NCBI GenBank assembly: GCA_963827235.1
Contig: CAWHAE010000010.1
Coordinates: forward strand, 480,001 to 544,000
DNA: 64,000 bases
Direction: 5' to 3'
Source: an uncultured bacterium
GTDB lineage: Bacteria > Chloroflexota > UBA5177 > JANWHV01
The notes under the pieces: model-generated
What the model was told of the DNA's origin: nothing
The model's input: only the letters and a program-made list of their open reading frames with translations
Databases searched by the model: none
Translations under genes and position numbers: made by a program
In this document: in pieces, positions 29,400 to 38,814 of the stretch
How the letters are laid out: every line of letters starts with the position of its first letter
How positions within the stretch are numbered: the stretch's first letter is position 1

Positions 29400-30887
29400 G
29401 TGTGCGCCAAGCGTACAGCTCTGGTGATTGGTGCCGGTCTCGGCGGCATAGCCGTCGCCGCGCGCCTGGCAATACAGGGCTTCGCGGTCACGGTGCTCGA
29501 GAAGAATGGCGAGCCCGGAGGGCGCTGCGGCCGATTGCTGCGCGACGGTCACCGATTCGACTCCGGTCCTACTCTGCTCCTGATGCCCGAGGTGTTCTCC
29601 GAGACCTACGCGGCTCTCGGCGAGCGACTTGAGAACCATCTGGACCTCCGCCGTGTCGACCCGACGTACCGTATCCACTTCGCAGACGGCACGGTGTTCG
29701 CACCGACCGGCGATCTACCGGCACTTCGCGCCGCCGTGGAGGAGATCGAGCCTGGCTCGTTCGACGGTGTGCTCCGCTATCTGAGCGAGGGGTGCCACCA
29801 TTACCGCCATGCCTTGCAGAACTTCGTCGGGCGCAACTTCGCGAGTCTGCCAGCATACCTCGAGCCGCGCAATCTGTGGGAAGTGCTCTTTCACCTGCAT
29901 GCGCTCGGCAGACAGTACCGGCGCCTCGGCCGGCGACTGCGCGATCCCCGGCTCAAGGCGGCCTTCACGTTCCAGGACATGTACCTGGGGATCAGTCCCT
30001 TCGACGCGCCTGCTACCTACTCGCTCCTCCCCTACACCGAGATCGTGGGCGGCGTGTGGTTCCCAATGGGAGGCATGTACCGGGTCGTGGAGAGCCTGGT
30101 GGTCATCGCGGAAGCGCTGGGAGTGCGGTTCCTCTACAACGCGCCGGTAGCGGAGATCTCTATCGAGGGCGGTCGCGCCGTGGGAGTGGTGCTGGCGGAC
30201 GGAACGCGGATCGGCGGATCGGCCGTGGTGGTCAACGCCGACCTGCCGTACGCCTACGAGAAGCTCCTGCCGGAAGGGCGGCAGGCAGCAAGGCTGCGGC
30301 GACTGCGCTACACCTGCTCGACGATAGTGTTCTACTGGGGAGTAGACGGCATCTGCTCCGAGCTGGGACCGCACTCGCTGTTCCTGGCTTCCGATTACCG
30401 CGGCAGCTTCGAGCGCATCTTCCGGGACCACGCCTTGCCGGCAGAGCCTTCCTTCTACGTCCACGCGCCGGCGCGTATCGACCGGTCGGTCGCGCCGCCG
30501 GGCAAAGACACGCTCTACGTGCTCGTGCCGGTCGGTCACCTGGACTGCGCAGCCCAACAGGATTGGCCCGGTTGGCAGGCGCAGGCGCGGTCGGCGGTGT
30601 TGCGCCGGCTGGGCGGCATAGGTCTTGCTGACCTGGAGCGACGCCTGACCACCGAGATCGTCCGGATGCCGGCCGACTGGCGAGACGACTTCAACCTGGC
30701 AAAGGGGGCTGCATTCGGCCTGAGTCACAACGTCCTCCAGGTCGGCTACCTGCGGCCGCACAACCGGCATCGCCGGTACGGAAATCTGTATTTCGTGGGA
30801 GGCAGCACGCATCCGGGCAGTGGGCTGCCCATGGTGCTGCTCTCGGCGCGCCTCACTGCCGGGCGACTGGTTGGCGACCTGACATAG
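29400..30887 (+). CDS. crtI: Phytoene desaturase
   Basis: VIGAGLGG, FDSGPT, YLGISP, WFPMGG, LYFVGGSTHPGSGLPMVLLSA. Confidence 0.93.
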   Translation: MCAKRTALVIGAGLGGIAVAARLAIQGFAVTVLEKNGEPGGRCGRLLRDGHRFDSGPTLLLMPEVFSETYAALGERLENHLDLRRVDPTYRIHFADGTVFAPTGDLPALRAAVEEIEPGSFDGVLRYLSEGCHHYRHALQNFVGRNFASLPAYLEPRNLWEVLFHLHALGRQYRRLGRRLRDPRLKAAFTFQDMYLGISPFDAPATYSLLPYTEIVGGVWFPMGGMYRVVESLVVIAEALGVRFLYNAPVAEISIEGGRAVGVVLADGTRIGGSAVVVNADLPYAYEKLLPEGRQAARLRRLRYTCSTIVFYWGVDGICSELGPHSLFLASDYRGSFERIFRDHALPAEPSFYVHAPARIDRSVAPPGKDTLYVLVPVGHLDCAAQQDWPGWQAQARSAVLRRLGGIGLADLERRLTTEIVRMPADWRDDFNLAKGAAFGLSHNVLQVGYLRPHNRHRRYGNLYFVGGSTHPGSGLPMVLLSARLTAGRLVGDLT

Positions 30888-31051
30888 CAGCTTGGCTCGC
30901 GGGCCGGCCGTCCGGCGTTGTGACTGCCCGCCGCGAGGCGCCTTCAGCTCTCGGCATGGCATACCCGTCCGCCCGGTGGAATGGTCCTACTGCAGTGCTC
31001 GGTGTGCGACGAAACGGACGTGCTGCAGATCGGGCCGTCCCGGCTCGATGG

Positions 31052-32170
31052 TCACCACTCTCCAATCGAGCCGTCGTCCTCGTGGAACAGGACGGGCGTC
31101 TGCCATTCGCCGTCGTTCCGCTTCGCGTCGACGGCCGCGTCGTCGAGCTCGATGCCCAGGCCGGGATCAGCCGGCAGGTCGATGTAGCCGTCGCGCACTA
31201 CAAACGGATGCTTCAGATAGCCGTCGCCCAGGGAGACCTGCTCCTGGCAAAGGAAATTTGGGATACAGGCATCCACTTGCAGGCCCGCCGCCAGTGAGAT
31301 CGGTCCCAGCGGATTGTGTGGCGCCACGGCGGCGTAGTAGACCTCGGCCATGGCGGCGATCTTCCGTACCTCGCCAATCCCGCCGGCGTGGCAGAGATCC
31401 GGCTGCAACACCGCTGCCGCCTGCTTCTCGAGCACCTCGCGGAAACCCCACCGGGTGAAGAGCCGCTCGCCGGTTGCGATCGGGATCTTCGTCGACCGTG
31501 CGACTGTGACCAGCGCGTCGACATTCTCAGGCAATACAGGTTCCTCGATAAACATCAGGTGGCAGCCGGCCAAGGCGTCTGCCAGCCTGATCGCCATGGC
31601 AGGACCGACCCTTCCGTGAAAGTCCACCGCTAGGTCGACGCTGCTCGGGATCGCGTCTCGCATGGCCTGGATGCGTGCCACCTGCCGGTCGACGTAGGCC
31701 TTGGTGTCCACAAGACGCACGGGTCCTTCGAGCCCCGTCTTGAGCGCCGTGAAGCCCACGGCAACGAGATCGCGGGCGGCCTGCGCGGCCGTGTCGGGAG
31801 TGTCGCCGTCGCAGTGCGCGTAGACGCGGACCCGTTCCCGGCAGGCCCCACCAAGCAGCTGATACACCGGCACGGCCAAGGACTTGCCCAGGATGTCCCA
31901 CATGGCCTGTTCCACGCCACTGATCGCGCTGACCAGCACCGGGCCGCCCCTGTAGAATGCGCCGCGGTACATCACCTGCCAGTGGTGCTCGATACGCCTG
32001 GGATCCTGGCCGATCAGATACTCGCCCAGCTCCTGCACTGCTGCCGCTACGGTGCGTGCTCTGCCCTCAACGATAGGCTCGCCCAGCCCGACGATTCCCT
32101 CGTCGGTGTGCATCTTGAGAAAGTGCCAGCGCGGCTTGACGAATATGGACTCCAACCCGGTGATCTTCAT
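31052..32170 (-). CDS. dgoD: Galactonate dehydratase (enolase superfamily)
   Basis: KPRWHFLK.HTDEG..G.GEP..EGRA, FYRGGP, DFHGR, FIEEP, IATGERL, QPDLCHAGGI, APHNPLGP. Confidence 0.92.
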   Translation of the reverse strand: MKITGLESIFVKPRWHFLKMHTDEGIVGLGEPIVEGRARTVAAAVQELGEYLIGQDPRRIEHHWQVMYRGAFYRGGPVLVSAISGVEQAMWDILGKSLAVPVYQLLGGACRERVRVYAHCDGDTPDTAAQAARDLVAVGFTALKTGLEGPVRLVDTKAYVDRQVARIQAMRDAIPSSVDLAVDFHGRVGPAMAIRLADALAGCHLMFIEEPVLPENVDALVTVARSTKIPIATGERLFTRWGFREVLEKQAAAVLQPDLCHAGGIGEVRKIAAMAEVYYAAVAPHNPLGPISLAAGLQVDACIPNFLCQEQVSLGDGYLKHPFVVRDGYIDLPADPGLGIELDDAAVDAKRNDGEWQTPVLFHEDDGSIGEW

Positions 32171-32191
32171 GGCCGTCTTTCATTGCCCAAT

Positions 32192-33274
32192 CTACGTCAG
32201 GTCTCTGAGAAGCCGCTCGAGTGTCGCGCAGGCCCAGCCGGAGCGAGCGGCCGTCGCGACGAGCTCGAGCACGAGCGATCGCGTCTCGCCGTCGAGCCGG
32301 CGCGTGACGGCAGCGGCGAGTTTTCGAATCTCATCGGCGGACTCGCGTTGGTGTATCGTGGAGTCGAACTCGGGCGGCGCGGGCCGGGGCTCGTCGCGGC
32401 CGGGCCAGCTTCGGGGCACCGGTTGTGGAACAAACGTCGTTTGTTCCGCCGATAAGAGCGGTGACTCAGCCCCGGCCGGCATGCTGCCTGTTGGGTCCAC
32501 TGGCTCGACCACCGCCCGCCGGGCCGCCTTGCGGCGCGGATTGACCACGCCGGCCGCCGTGAGCCGGGCGCGCTCCGCCGACACGTCGCCGGACTGCACG
32601 TGCTCGCCGGCAAGGACGCGGCTACGGAACGCCATCATTGCCTCATCCGGCAGCTTGCGGATGTCCCGCGCCGCCGTGGCAGAGATCTGCCGGCGGGCCA
32701 CCGCGTCGGAGAGCACCTGGTCCGCGAGCAGGCGAAGCCGTTCTCGGACGTGCTGTGCGGAGACGTGGATGAGACTCGCCACGTCCGTCGCCCTGACATC
32801 GCGCAAATCAATCAGCTCCTGATAAGCGCGTGCCTCGTCGAGCGGACTGAGATCCTGTCGCTGCAGGTTCTCCACGAGCTGGATCACGCGGGCGCGTGAC
32901 GGCTCCTGTCCGGTCACCACGACGGGAACGAGCTTGAGGCCGGCCACTTCCGCCGCAGCGCGGCGCCGTCCGCCCGCCACCACGACGTAGCGCTGCCGAC
33001 CATCCGGCAACGTGCCGTCCTCGCGCACGACGAGCGGCTGCAGCACGCCGAACTCACCGATCGACGTTGCCAGCTCGCTCAAGCGCTGCTCGCCATCGTC
33101 GTAATCCCAGTCGCGGCGCGGCTGCTGGGGATCGGCGACTACCTGCTCGATCGGCACCTCGAGCGCGCCCGGCAGCCGCCGCTCAGTGGCACCCGCCACT
33201 GCCTGGTACATCACGCGCGGCTGTGAAGGGCGAACGACCGCGACCTCGGCAGAGCGCGACTTACGCGTGGACAC
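32192..33274 (-). CDS. parB: ParB/RepB/Spo0J family partition protein
   Basis: DPQQPRR, GVLQPLVV, VVAGGRRRAA, QLVENLQRQDLSPLDEARAY, HTH; GTG start overlaps the parA stop. Confidence 0.88.
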   Translation of the reverse strand: MSTRKSRSAEVAVVRPSQPRVMYQAVAGATERRLPGALEVPIEQVVADPQQPRRDWDYDDGEQRLSELATSIGEFGVLQPLVVREDGTLPDGRQRYVVVAGGRRRAAAEVAGLKLVPVVVTGQEPSRARVIQLVENLQRQDLSPLDEARAYQELIDLRDVRATDVASLIHVSAQHVRERLRLLADQVLSDAVARRQISATAARDIRKLPDEAMMAFRSRVLAGEHVQSGDVSAERARLTAAGVVNPRRKAARRAVVEPVDPTGSMPAGAESPLLSAEQTTFVPQPVPRSWPGRDEPRPAPPEFDSTIHQRESADEIRKLAAAVTRRLDGETRSLVLELVATAARSGWACATLERLLRDLT

Positions 33275-34055
33275 GCGCTGCTCCTTGCGCGAGCGACGGG
33301 ACGCCGATCGCGGCACAGACCCTTTCGGCGAGGGCGCGGTAGGCGGCCATTGCCGGCGCGCGGCCATCGGTCTGCGACAGCGGCAGTCGCCGGTTGAGCG
33401 CGCGCTTGATCGCCGAGGCATGTGGCACCGGATCGGCTACCAGATCGCCATAGGTGGTGCGGAGAGCGTCCAGGCCGCCGCGATCGGGCAGGTCCCGGTG
33501 GATCCCGTTCGGCAGGATCGCCAGCGCTTCCGCGCAAGGCAGATCTTCATCGCTCAGCTCCTCGATCGCGGACAGCGTGTCGACCAGCGCGTCGATGTCC
33601 TGTTGCGTGGTAGCGGTGGGCAGGACGGCCCAGCGAGCGGCCAGGAGCGCGCTGGAGAGGGCGAAGCCGAGTGCCGGCGGCGTATCCAGGAGAACCACGG
33701 CGTAGCCTGCCAGCGGCGTGAGCACGCGCCGCAGTCGCAGGAAACCGGCCGGCGAATCGGCGAGTGCCAGTGCCGCGGCCTCAATGGACCGATCGCCAGG
33801 CACCAGGTCGATGCCTGCGCCCGTCGAGTGGATGAGGTCGGCTACCGGCAGGCCGGGTGCGGCGATGCACGACCCGATACCGCGGTCGACGGGATCGCTG
33901 GTCAGCAGGCGCGTGAGCGATGCCTGCGGGTCCAGGTCCACGACGAGCGTGCGCAGTCCCGACTCGAGCAGCGCGCCGGCCAGGTTGAGCGTGGTAGTAC
34001 TCTTGCCGGAGCCTCCCTTGCGATTTACCAGGGCCACGATGCGTTCGCGTTTCAC
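33261..34055 (-). CDS. parA: ParA family ATPase
   Basis: NRKGGSGKSTT deviant Walker A, VDLDPQASLT, LLDTPPALG. Confidence 0.92.
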   Translation of the reverse strand: MKRERIVALVNRKGGSGKSTTTLNLAGALLESGLRTLVVDLDPQASLTRLLTSDPVDRGIGSCIAAPGLPVADLIHSTGAGIDLVPGDRSIEAAALALADSPAGFLRLRRVLTPLAGYAVVLLDTPPALGFALSSALLAARWAVLPTATTQQDIDALVDTLSAIEELSDEDLPCAEALAILPNGIHRDLPDRGGLDALRTTYGDLVADPVPHASAIKRALNRRLPLSQTDGRAPAMAAYRALAERVCAAIGVPSLAQGAARVHA

Positions 34056-34375
34056 AGGTCCAACTCCAGCTTCAGCCGCCAGCAACCCAGCCGCCAAACA
34101 GTCGTTTGCTACGTATTCGGCCGGACCGACTCCAGGATGACTCGGATTCGGACGTTCCGGATCCCACTCCAGACGTCGACTCGCAGGATCGCCCGGAGAT
34201 CTCACCCGCGTGGTCGAGGCGCGCGAGCCCCACGCTCGCTAGTGTATGCGAGAAACCGCCTCCGCTGCCACGGCTTGGCGCACAGACTCGTGGCGAGTGC
34301 GACTTCAGCTTGCGACTGTGTTGCGTTGACTGTCCCGGCGCACGGCCGGCTGACGTAGAATAGACAGTCCACGAG

Positions 34376-34741
34376 ATGATCGTGCATCGAAAGGGGGCCA
34401 CGCCCGCCGCGGACGGTGTGCTGGGCATCATCCCGGGCTCGATGGGTGATCCCGGCTTCCTGGTCCGCGACCGCGGCGTGCAGGCATCGCTGAATTCGGC
34501 CTCGCACGGAGCGGGCCGGGCCATGAGCAGGCGCGCCGCACCGGACAGCCTGACCAGGGCGGCGCGCGACCGCTATCCGCGGACGCAGGGCATCACGCTG
34601 CTCGGCGGCGGCCTGGACGAGGCGCCGCAGGCCTACAAGCGTATTGAGGGCGTGATGGCGGCACAGGAGGACCTGGTCGAGGTCAGAGGCAGTTTCGCGC
34701 CCAAGCCCGTGCGCATGGCCGATGAGGCCGGCCAGTTCTAG
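34376..34741 (+). pseudogene. rtcB: RtcB RNA ligase C-terminal fragment
   Basis: VHRKGATPA, IIPGSMG, SASHGAGRAMSR, DEAPQAYKRI; only 121 aa, with an in-frame TAG at 34361 and no N-terminal part nearby. Confidence 0.8.
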
Positions 34742-34901
34742 GAGCATCGACTGTCACGGCGATCGTGGGCAGGTCGTGCACTATTCGATGGCCTTCACCT
34801 CGGCGGATGAATGCGGCACTCCCCGCGCGACCTCTGTAGCCGTCGGTACACTTCATGCCGGGTGTGAGCCGCCAGCGCGCGCTACTGCCCGGCAGCTCTA
34901 C

Positions 34902-35648
34902 CTAGATCAACCTGAGCAGCGGGCGGGTCAACACGGCCGGAACGACCAGAAAGCCGAGAAGAATGAGCGTCTGCGGTACGTCCCAGGGCAGTCCGAGCCA
35001 GGAGCTCTGGATCAGAGTGACCGCGTGCTTGAGCGGCAGGGCGTCGCCAAGGATGAGCATGGGCCATGATAGGAGCTCCAGCGGTGGACCGGTGCCCGAC
35101 ACGAGCATCATCACGAACCAGAGCAGCACGCCTGCTCCCTGCGCAGCCCGCGCGCTGGGCAGGGCAATGCCGAGGAACACGCCGATGGCAGCAAACGACA
35201 GGCCGCTGAGCACCACGGCGATTGCCACTCCGGCAGGGGCTGCCGGCCCGTTCACGTGGTACACGACGACCGCGCACAGGTCCATCAGCACGCTGGCCAC
35301 CAGTCCCACGGTCAACGTGAGCAGCACGTGTGCCCCGAATACGTTCCACAGCGGTATGGGCGAGGCGGCGAACCGGCGCATGACGCCGCGCTCGCGATAG
35401 CTTGCCAGGTGCACGGGCAGCCCGATCAGTCCCATGGACGCCGTGATCAAGGCGACGTAGGCGGGCACGTAGTATTGCATGGGCGTCAAACCGCGAAAGT
35501 ACGTGGGATCCGGCGTCCCATCGCCGAACACGCTGCCCAGCACGAAGAGCACGGCGAGCGGCACGGCGAAGGTGAAGACCACAGTCAGCGGCTCGCGCAC
35601 GAAGAGCTTCAGCTCGATCCATGTCGTCTTGTAGAGCGTGCGGATCAC
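34902..35648 (-). CDS. ABC-2 type exporter permease
   Basis: ELKLFVREP, YRERGVMRRF..SP, six TM segments. Confidence 0.88.
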   Translation of the reverse strand: MIRTLYKTTWIELKLFVREPLTVVFTFAVPLAVLFVLGSVFGDGTPDPTYFRGLTPMQYYVPAYVALITASMGLIGLPVHLASYRERGVMRRFAASPIPLWNVFGAHVLLTLTVGLVASVLMDLCAVVVYHVNGPAAPAGVAIAVVLSGLSFAAIGVFLGIALPSARAAQGAGVLLWFVMMLVSGTGPPLELLSWPMLILGDALPLKHAVTLIQSSWLGLPWDVPQTLILLGFLVVPAVLTRPLLRLI

Positions 35649-36565
35649 TGGCCGGCTCCCAGCGACTCACCGGTCAAGGCGAGATACGCGTCCTCCAGGC
35701 TCGTGCGTTCCACCCGCAGGTCCGCCGGCTCGATGCCGCGTTCGAGCAGGGCGGCGGCCACGTGCTGCAGCACCGGGCCACATCCGCGCAGGAGCACCTC
35801 AGTGCCGCTTCTCGTCACCTCCCGCACGTAGGGCACAGCCTCGAGCCACTCTCCGATCGTCCCGTCCCAGGTGAAACGTACCCGGACGCCACCGGCATGC
35901 TCGGCGATCAGCGTCGCCGGCTCGCCCACCGCGACCACGCGACCGCGGCTCATCACGGCCACGCGATCGCACAGGCGCTCTGCTTCATCCATGAAATGCG
36001 TGACCAGCACGACCGTGGCTCCGCGGTCGCGCACGGCCTCGATCAAGGTCCAGGCGGTGCGCCGGGCTGCCGGGTCGAGACCCGCGGTCATCTCGTCGAG
36101 GAAAACCAGCTCGGGCCTGTTCACCAGGGCCAGTGCGATGAACAGACGCTGCCGCTGACCGCCGGAGAGACTGCCGAAGGAGGCGTTTCGCTTACCTGCC
36201 AGCCCCCATTCGTCGAGCAGTCCCTCGCGGTCGGCGCGCGCGGCACAGCGCGCCGCGAAGAGGTCTACGGCCTCCCAGACCTTGATGCGGTCAGGGAGGG
36301 CGGAGTCCTGAAGCTGGCTGCCGATGCGGCGGCGCAGACTCCGGCTCTGCGGACCGGGATCGAGACCCAGCACCCGCATCAAGCCGCTGTCCGCGCGCTG
36401 CAGTCCTTGCAGGCAGGTCACCGTGGTGCTCTTGCCGGCGCCGTTTGGGCCGAGCAAGCCGAAGACCTCGCCGGCCGCGACCTCGAACGAGACGCCGTCC
36501 ACTGCCGTGGTGCGGCCATACGCCTTGCACAGGTCGCGCACCTCGATCACCGGATCTTCAACCAT
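35645..36565 (-). CDS. ABC-2 type exporter ATP-binding protein
   Basis: GPNGAGKST, LSGGQRQR, LDEMTAGLDP, THFMDEAE. Confidence 0.92.
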   Translation of the reverse strand: MVEDPVIEVRDLCKAYGRTTAVDGVSFEVAAGEVFGLLGPNGAGKSTTVTCLQGLQRADSGLMRVLGLDPGPQSRSLRRRIGSQLQDSALPDRIKVWEAVDLFAARCAARADREGLLDEWGLAGKRNASFGSLSGGQRQRLFIALALVNRPELVFLDEMTAGLDPAARRTAWTLIEAVRDRGATVVLVTHFMDEAERLCDRVAVMSRGRVVAVGEPATLIAEHAGGVRVRFTWDGTIGEWLEAVPYVREVTRSGTEVLLRGCGPVLQHVAAALLERGIEPADLRVERTSLEDAYLALTGESLGAGQ

Positions 36566-36892
36566 AGCGCCGTCGCACCTACGTCCCATCTCGCGGGCGC
36601 CGGACGCTTCCCAGTAGCTGGGCCGGGCGCGTCCGACTGCCACGGTTCCGATCACTCGCTCGGCCCATTCAGGGGCAGCCTCTCGACAGCAGTATGCAAA
36701 CGCGAAGGTGTTGCTGCCAACTGGACTGCCGCCGGCGGCTCCCGCGCCGCACTCGCTCCACCGTTTTCGCGCACGCCGCCCGGCAGGCGGTAGACTGGAC
36801 GCAATTCGCCGAGATTCGAGACACGGTCGGCTCAGGCGAACAGACGATGCGGCACATTGAAGCACTCAAGATCAGACTGAAGGTTGGCGAGT

Positions 36893-37996
36893 ATGGCTGA
36901 TCAGGCGCGCATGCAAGACACCATGGCGGACCGCCCCACCTGGATGCCGCCTCCCGACTACCGGCGGTTGTTGACCACCCTGCGTCACCAGGAACCCGAC
37001 CGCGTGCCGATAGCCGAGCTGGGCATGGACCCGCCGATCAAGGAGAAACTGCTCGGCCGGCCGGTGTGTGGAGTCGACGATGACGTGGAGTTCTGGTATC
37101 GAGCCGGATACGACTACATCTACCTGCGGCCCGCGTACGAGTTTCCTGGCACCATGCTCGGTAACGTGACCACCGGCCAGCCGAAGTACGACCAGGCAGC
37201 CTCGTACGACGAGAAAAGCATGTCCATGACGGGCAGCGGGGTCATAGCTTCCATGGCCGATCTTGAGGGCTACGCGTGGCCCGATCCGGGATGCGACGCG
37301 TATTACGCTCCGCTTTCCGAGGCCGTACGCTGTCTGCCGGCCGGGATGGGACTGATCTCCGGTGTGGGCGGTATCTTCACTCGCGTGTGGATGCTCCTGG
37401 GTTTCGAGAGATTCTGCATCGCATTGAGCGAAGAGCCGGAGCTGGTCGCCGAGCTGTTCCGTCGCGTGGCGGCGATCCAGATAGCCGTGCTGAAGCGCGT
37501 GATCGCGCAACCCGGCCTGATTGCCGTCTGGTATGGGGACGACCTCGCCTACACCACGTCGCTGATGGTATCTCCGAGGGTCTATCGCAGGTATCTATTC
37601 CCTCACATCGAGGAGATGACCGCGATCGCCCATAACGCGGGAATGCCGTTCATGTTCCACACCGACGGCAGGCTGTGGGACGTGATTCCGGATCTGATCG
37701 CGCTCGGCGTGGACGCCCTCCATCCCATCGAGACCATGGCCATGGATATCACCGAGGTCAAGCGCATGTACGGCAAACAGCTTTCCCTGATCGGCAACAT
37801 CGATCCCAATACGCTGGGCCTGGGTACGCCCGAGCAGGTGCGCGCGGAGGTCCGCCGGCGAATCAAAGACCTGGCGCCCGGCGGCGGATATGCGCTGGGC
37901 GCCAGCCCGGGCATCGCCTACTACACGAGCATGGAGAACTACGAGGCGATGCGGCGATGTGCCTTCGAAGAAGGAGTCTATCCAATCAGGCTGTAG
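36893..37996 (+). CDS. Uroporphyrinogen decarboxylase/MtaA-CmuA family protein
   Basis: EPDRVP, GDDLAY..SLMVSP, FHTDG, LHPIE, LIGNID, LAPGGGY. Confidence 0.85.
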   Translation: MADQARMQDTMADRPTWMPPPDYRRLLTTLRHQEPDRVPIAELGMDPPIKEKLLGRPVCGVDDDVEFWYRAGYDYIYLRPAYEFPGTMLGNVTTGQPKYDQAASYDEKSMSMTGSGVIASMADLEGYAWPDPGCDAYYAPLSEAVRCLPAGMGLISGVGGIFTRVWMLLGFERFCIALSEEPELVAELFRRVAAIQIAVLKRVIAQPGLIAVWYGDDLAYTTSLMVSPRVYRRYLFPHIEEMTAIAHNAGMPFMFHTDGRLWDVIPDLIALGVDALHPIETMAMDITEVKRMYGKQLSLIGNIDPNTLGLGTPEQVRAEVRRRIKDLAPGGGYALGASPGIAYYTSMENYEAMRRCAFEEGVYPIRL

Positions 37997-38024
37997 ACCG
38001 CTTGGCCGACGCCGCAGGTGGGCG

Positions 38025-38786
38025 TCAGGCCGTTGCCTGGCGGAATGAGCGCGCCGCCCACCACACGGCCAATGCAGCCATCACGGCCATGATTGCCAGG
38101 CCTTGCGCTACGACACTCTCGGCCACATGGCCGGCAAACAGGGCACGCGCGGCGTCCACCGCGTGGGAGAGCGGATTCACCTTGGCGACGTCCCGCAACC
38201 AGGCGGGCGCGAGAGACATCGGCAGCAGGATGCCAGACAGGAGCATCAGCGGCAGGGTGATGGAGTTGAGGATCGGCGCCAGAGCATCTTCGCTTCTCAC
38301 GGCGAGGGCGATGGCATAGGAGCAGGACACCATCACCAAACCGAGCAGCACCAGCAAGCCGAGCATCACCAACATGCCCAGGACGTGCACGGAAACGCCG
38401 AAGGGGAGCGCGGCGACCACCAGCAGCAGGGACTGCACGACCATGACCACGATGTCACGCAACGCGCGTCCAAGGAGCAGGGCCAATCGGCTCACAGGCG
38501 TTACGCGCAAGCGCTCGATCACACCCGCGCGAAGCTCGGCGATGAGGCCGAAGCCGACGAACGCGGTACCGAAGAGACCGAGCTGCACCAGCAGCCCGGG
38601 TATGAAGACGTTCAGGGCGCCGCCGCTCGGATAGCCCGGCGTTTTGGCCACGCTGTCCAGCAGGGGAGCGAAGAGCGTCAGGAACAAGATGGGCTGGGTC
38701 AGCCCGATGATCATCCACACGGGATTGCGCAAGGTGGTGATCATCTGGCGCGAGAAGAGCAGCCAGGTGTCGCGAAGCAGCTTCAT
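38025..38786 (-). CDS. ABC-2 type exporter permease (DrrB-like)
   Basis: LRNPVW..GLTQP, GVIERLRVTPVSR, LLSGILLP, NPLSHAVDA. Confidence 0.9.
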   Translation of the reverse strand: MKLLRDTWLLFSRQMITTLRNPVWMIIGLTQPILFLTLFAPLLDSVAKTPGYPSGGALNVFIPGLLVQLGLFGTAFVGFGLIAELRAGVIERLRVTPVSRLALLLGRALRDIVVMVVQSLLLVVAALPFGVSVHVLGMLVMLGLLVLLGLVMVSCSYAIALAVRSEDALAPILNSITLPLMLLSGILLPMSLAPAWLRDVAKVNPLSHAVDAARALFAGHVAESVVAQGLAIMAVMAALAVWWAARSFRQATA

Positions 38787-38814
38787 CTTCTGAACCTCTT
38801 TCGTAGGCCGGCGG

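Noticed and set aside
32192-34741. parAB-rtcB region as an intact mobile element
   Set aside because: No integrase, transposase, rep gene or flanking direct repeats are visible, so it is reported only as a relic or cassette.
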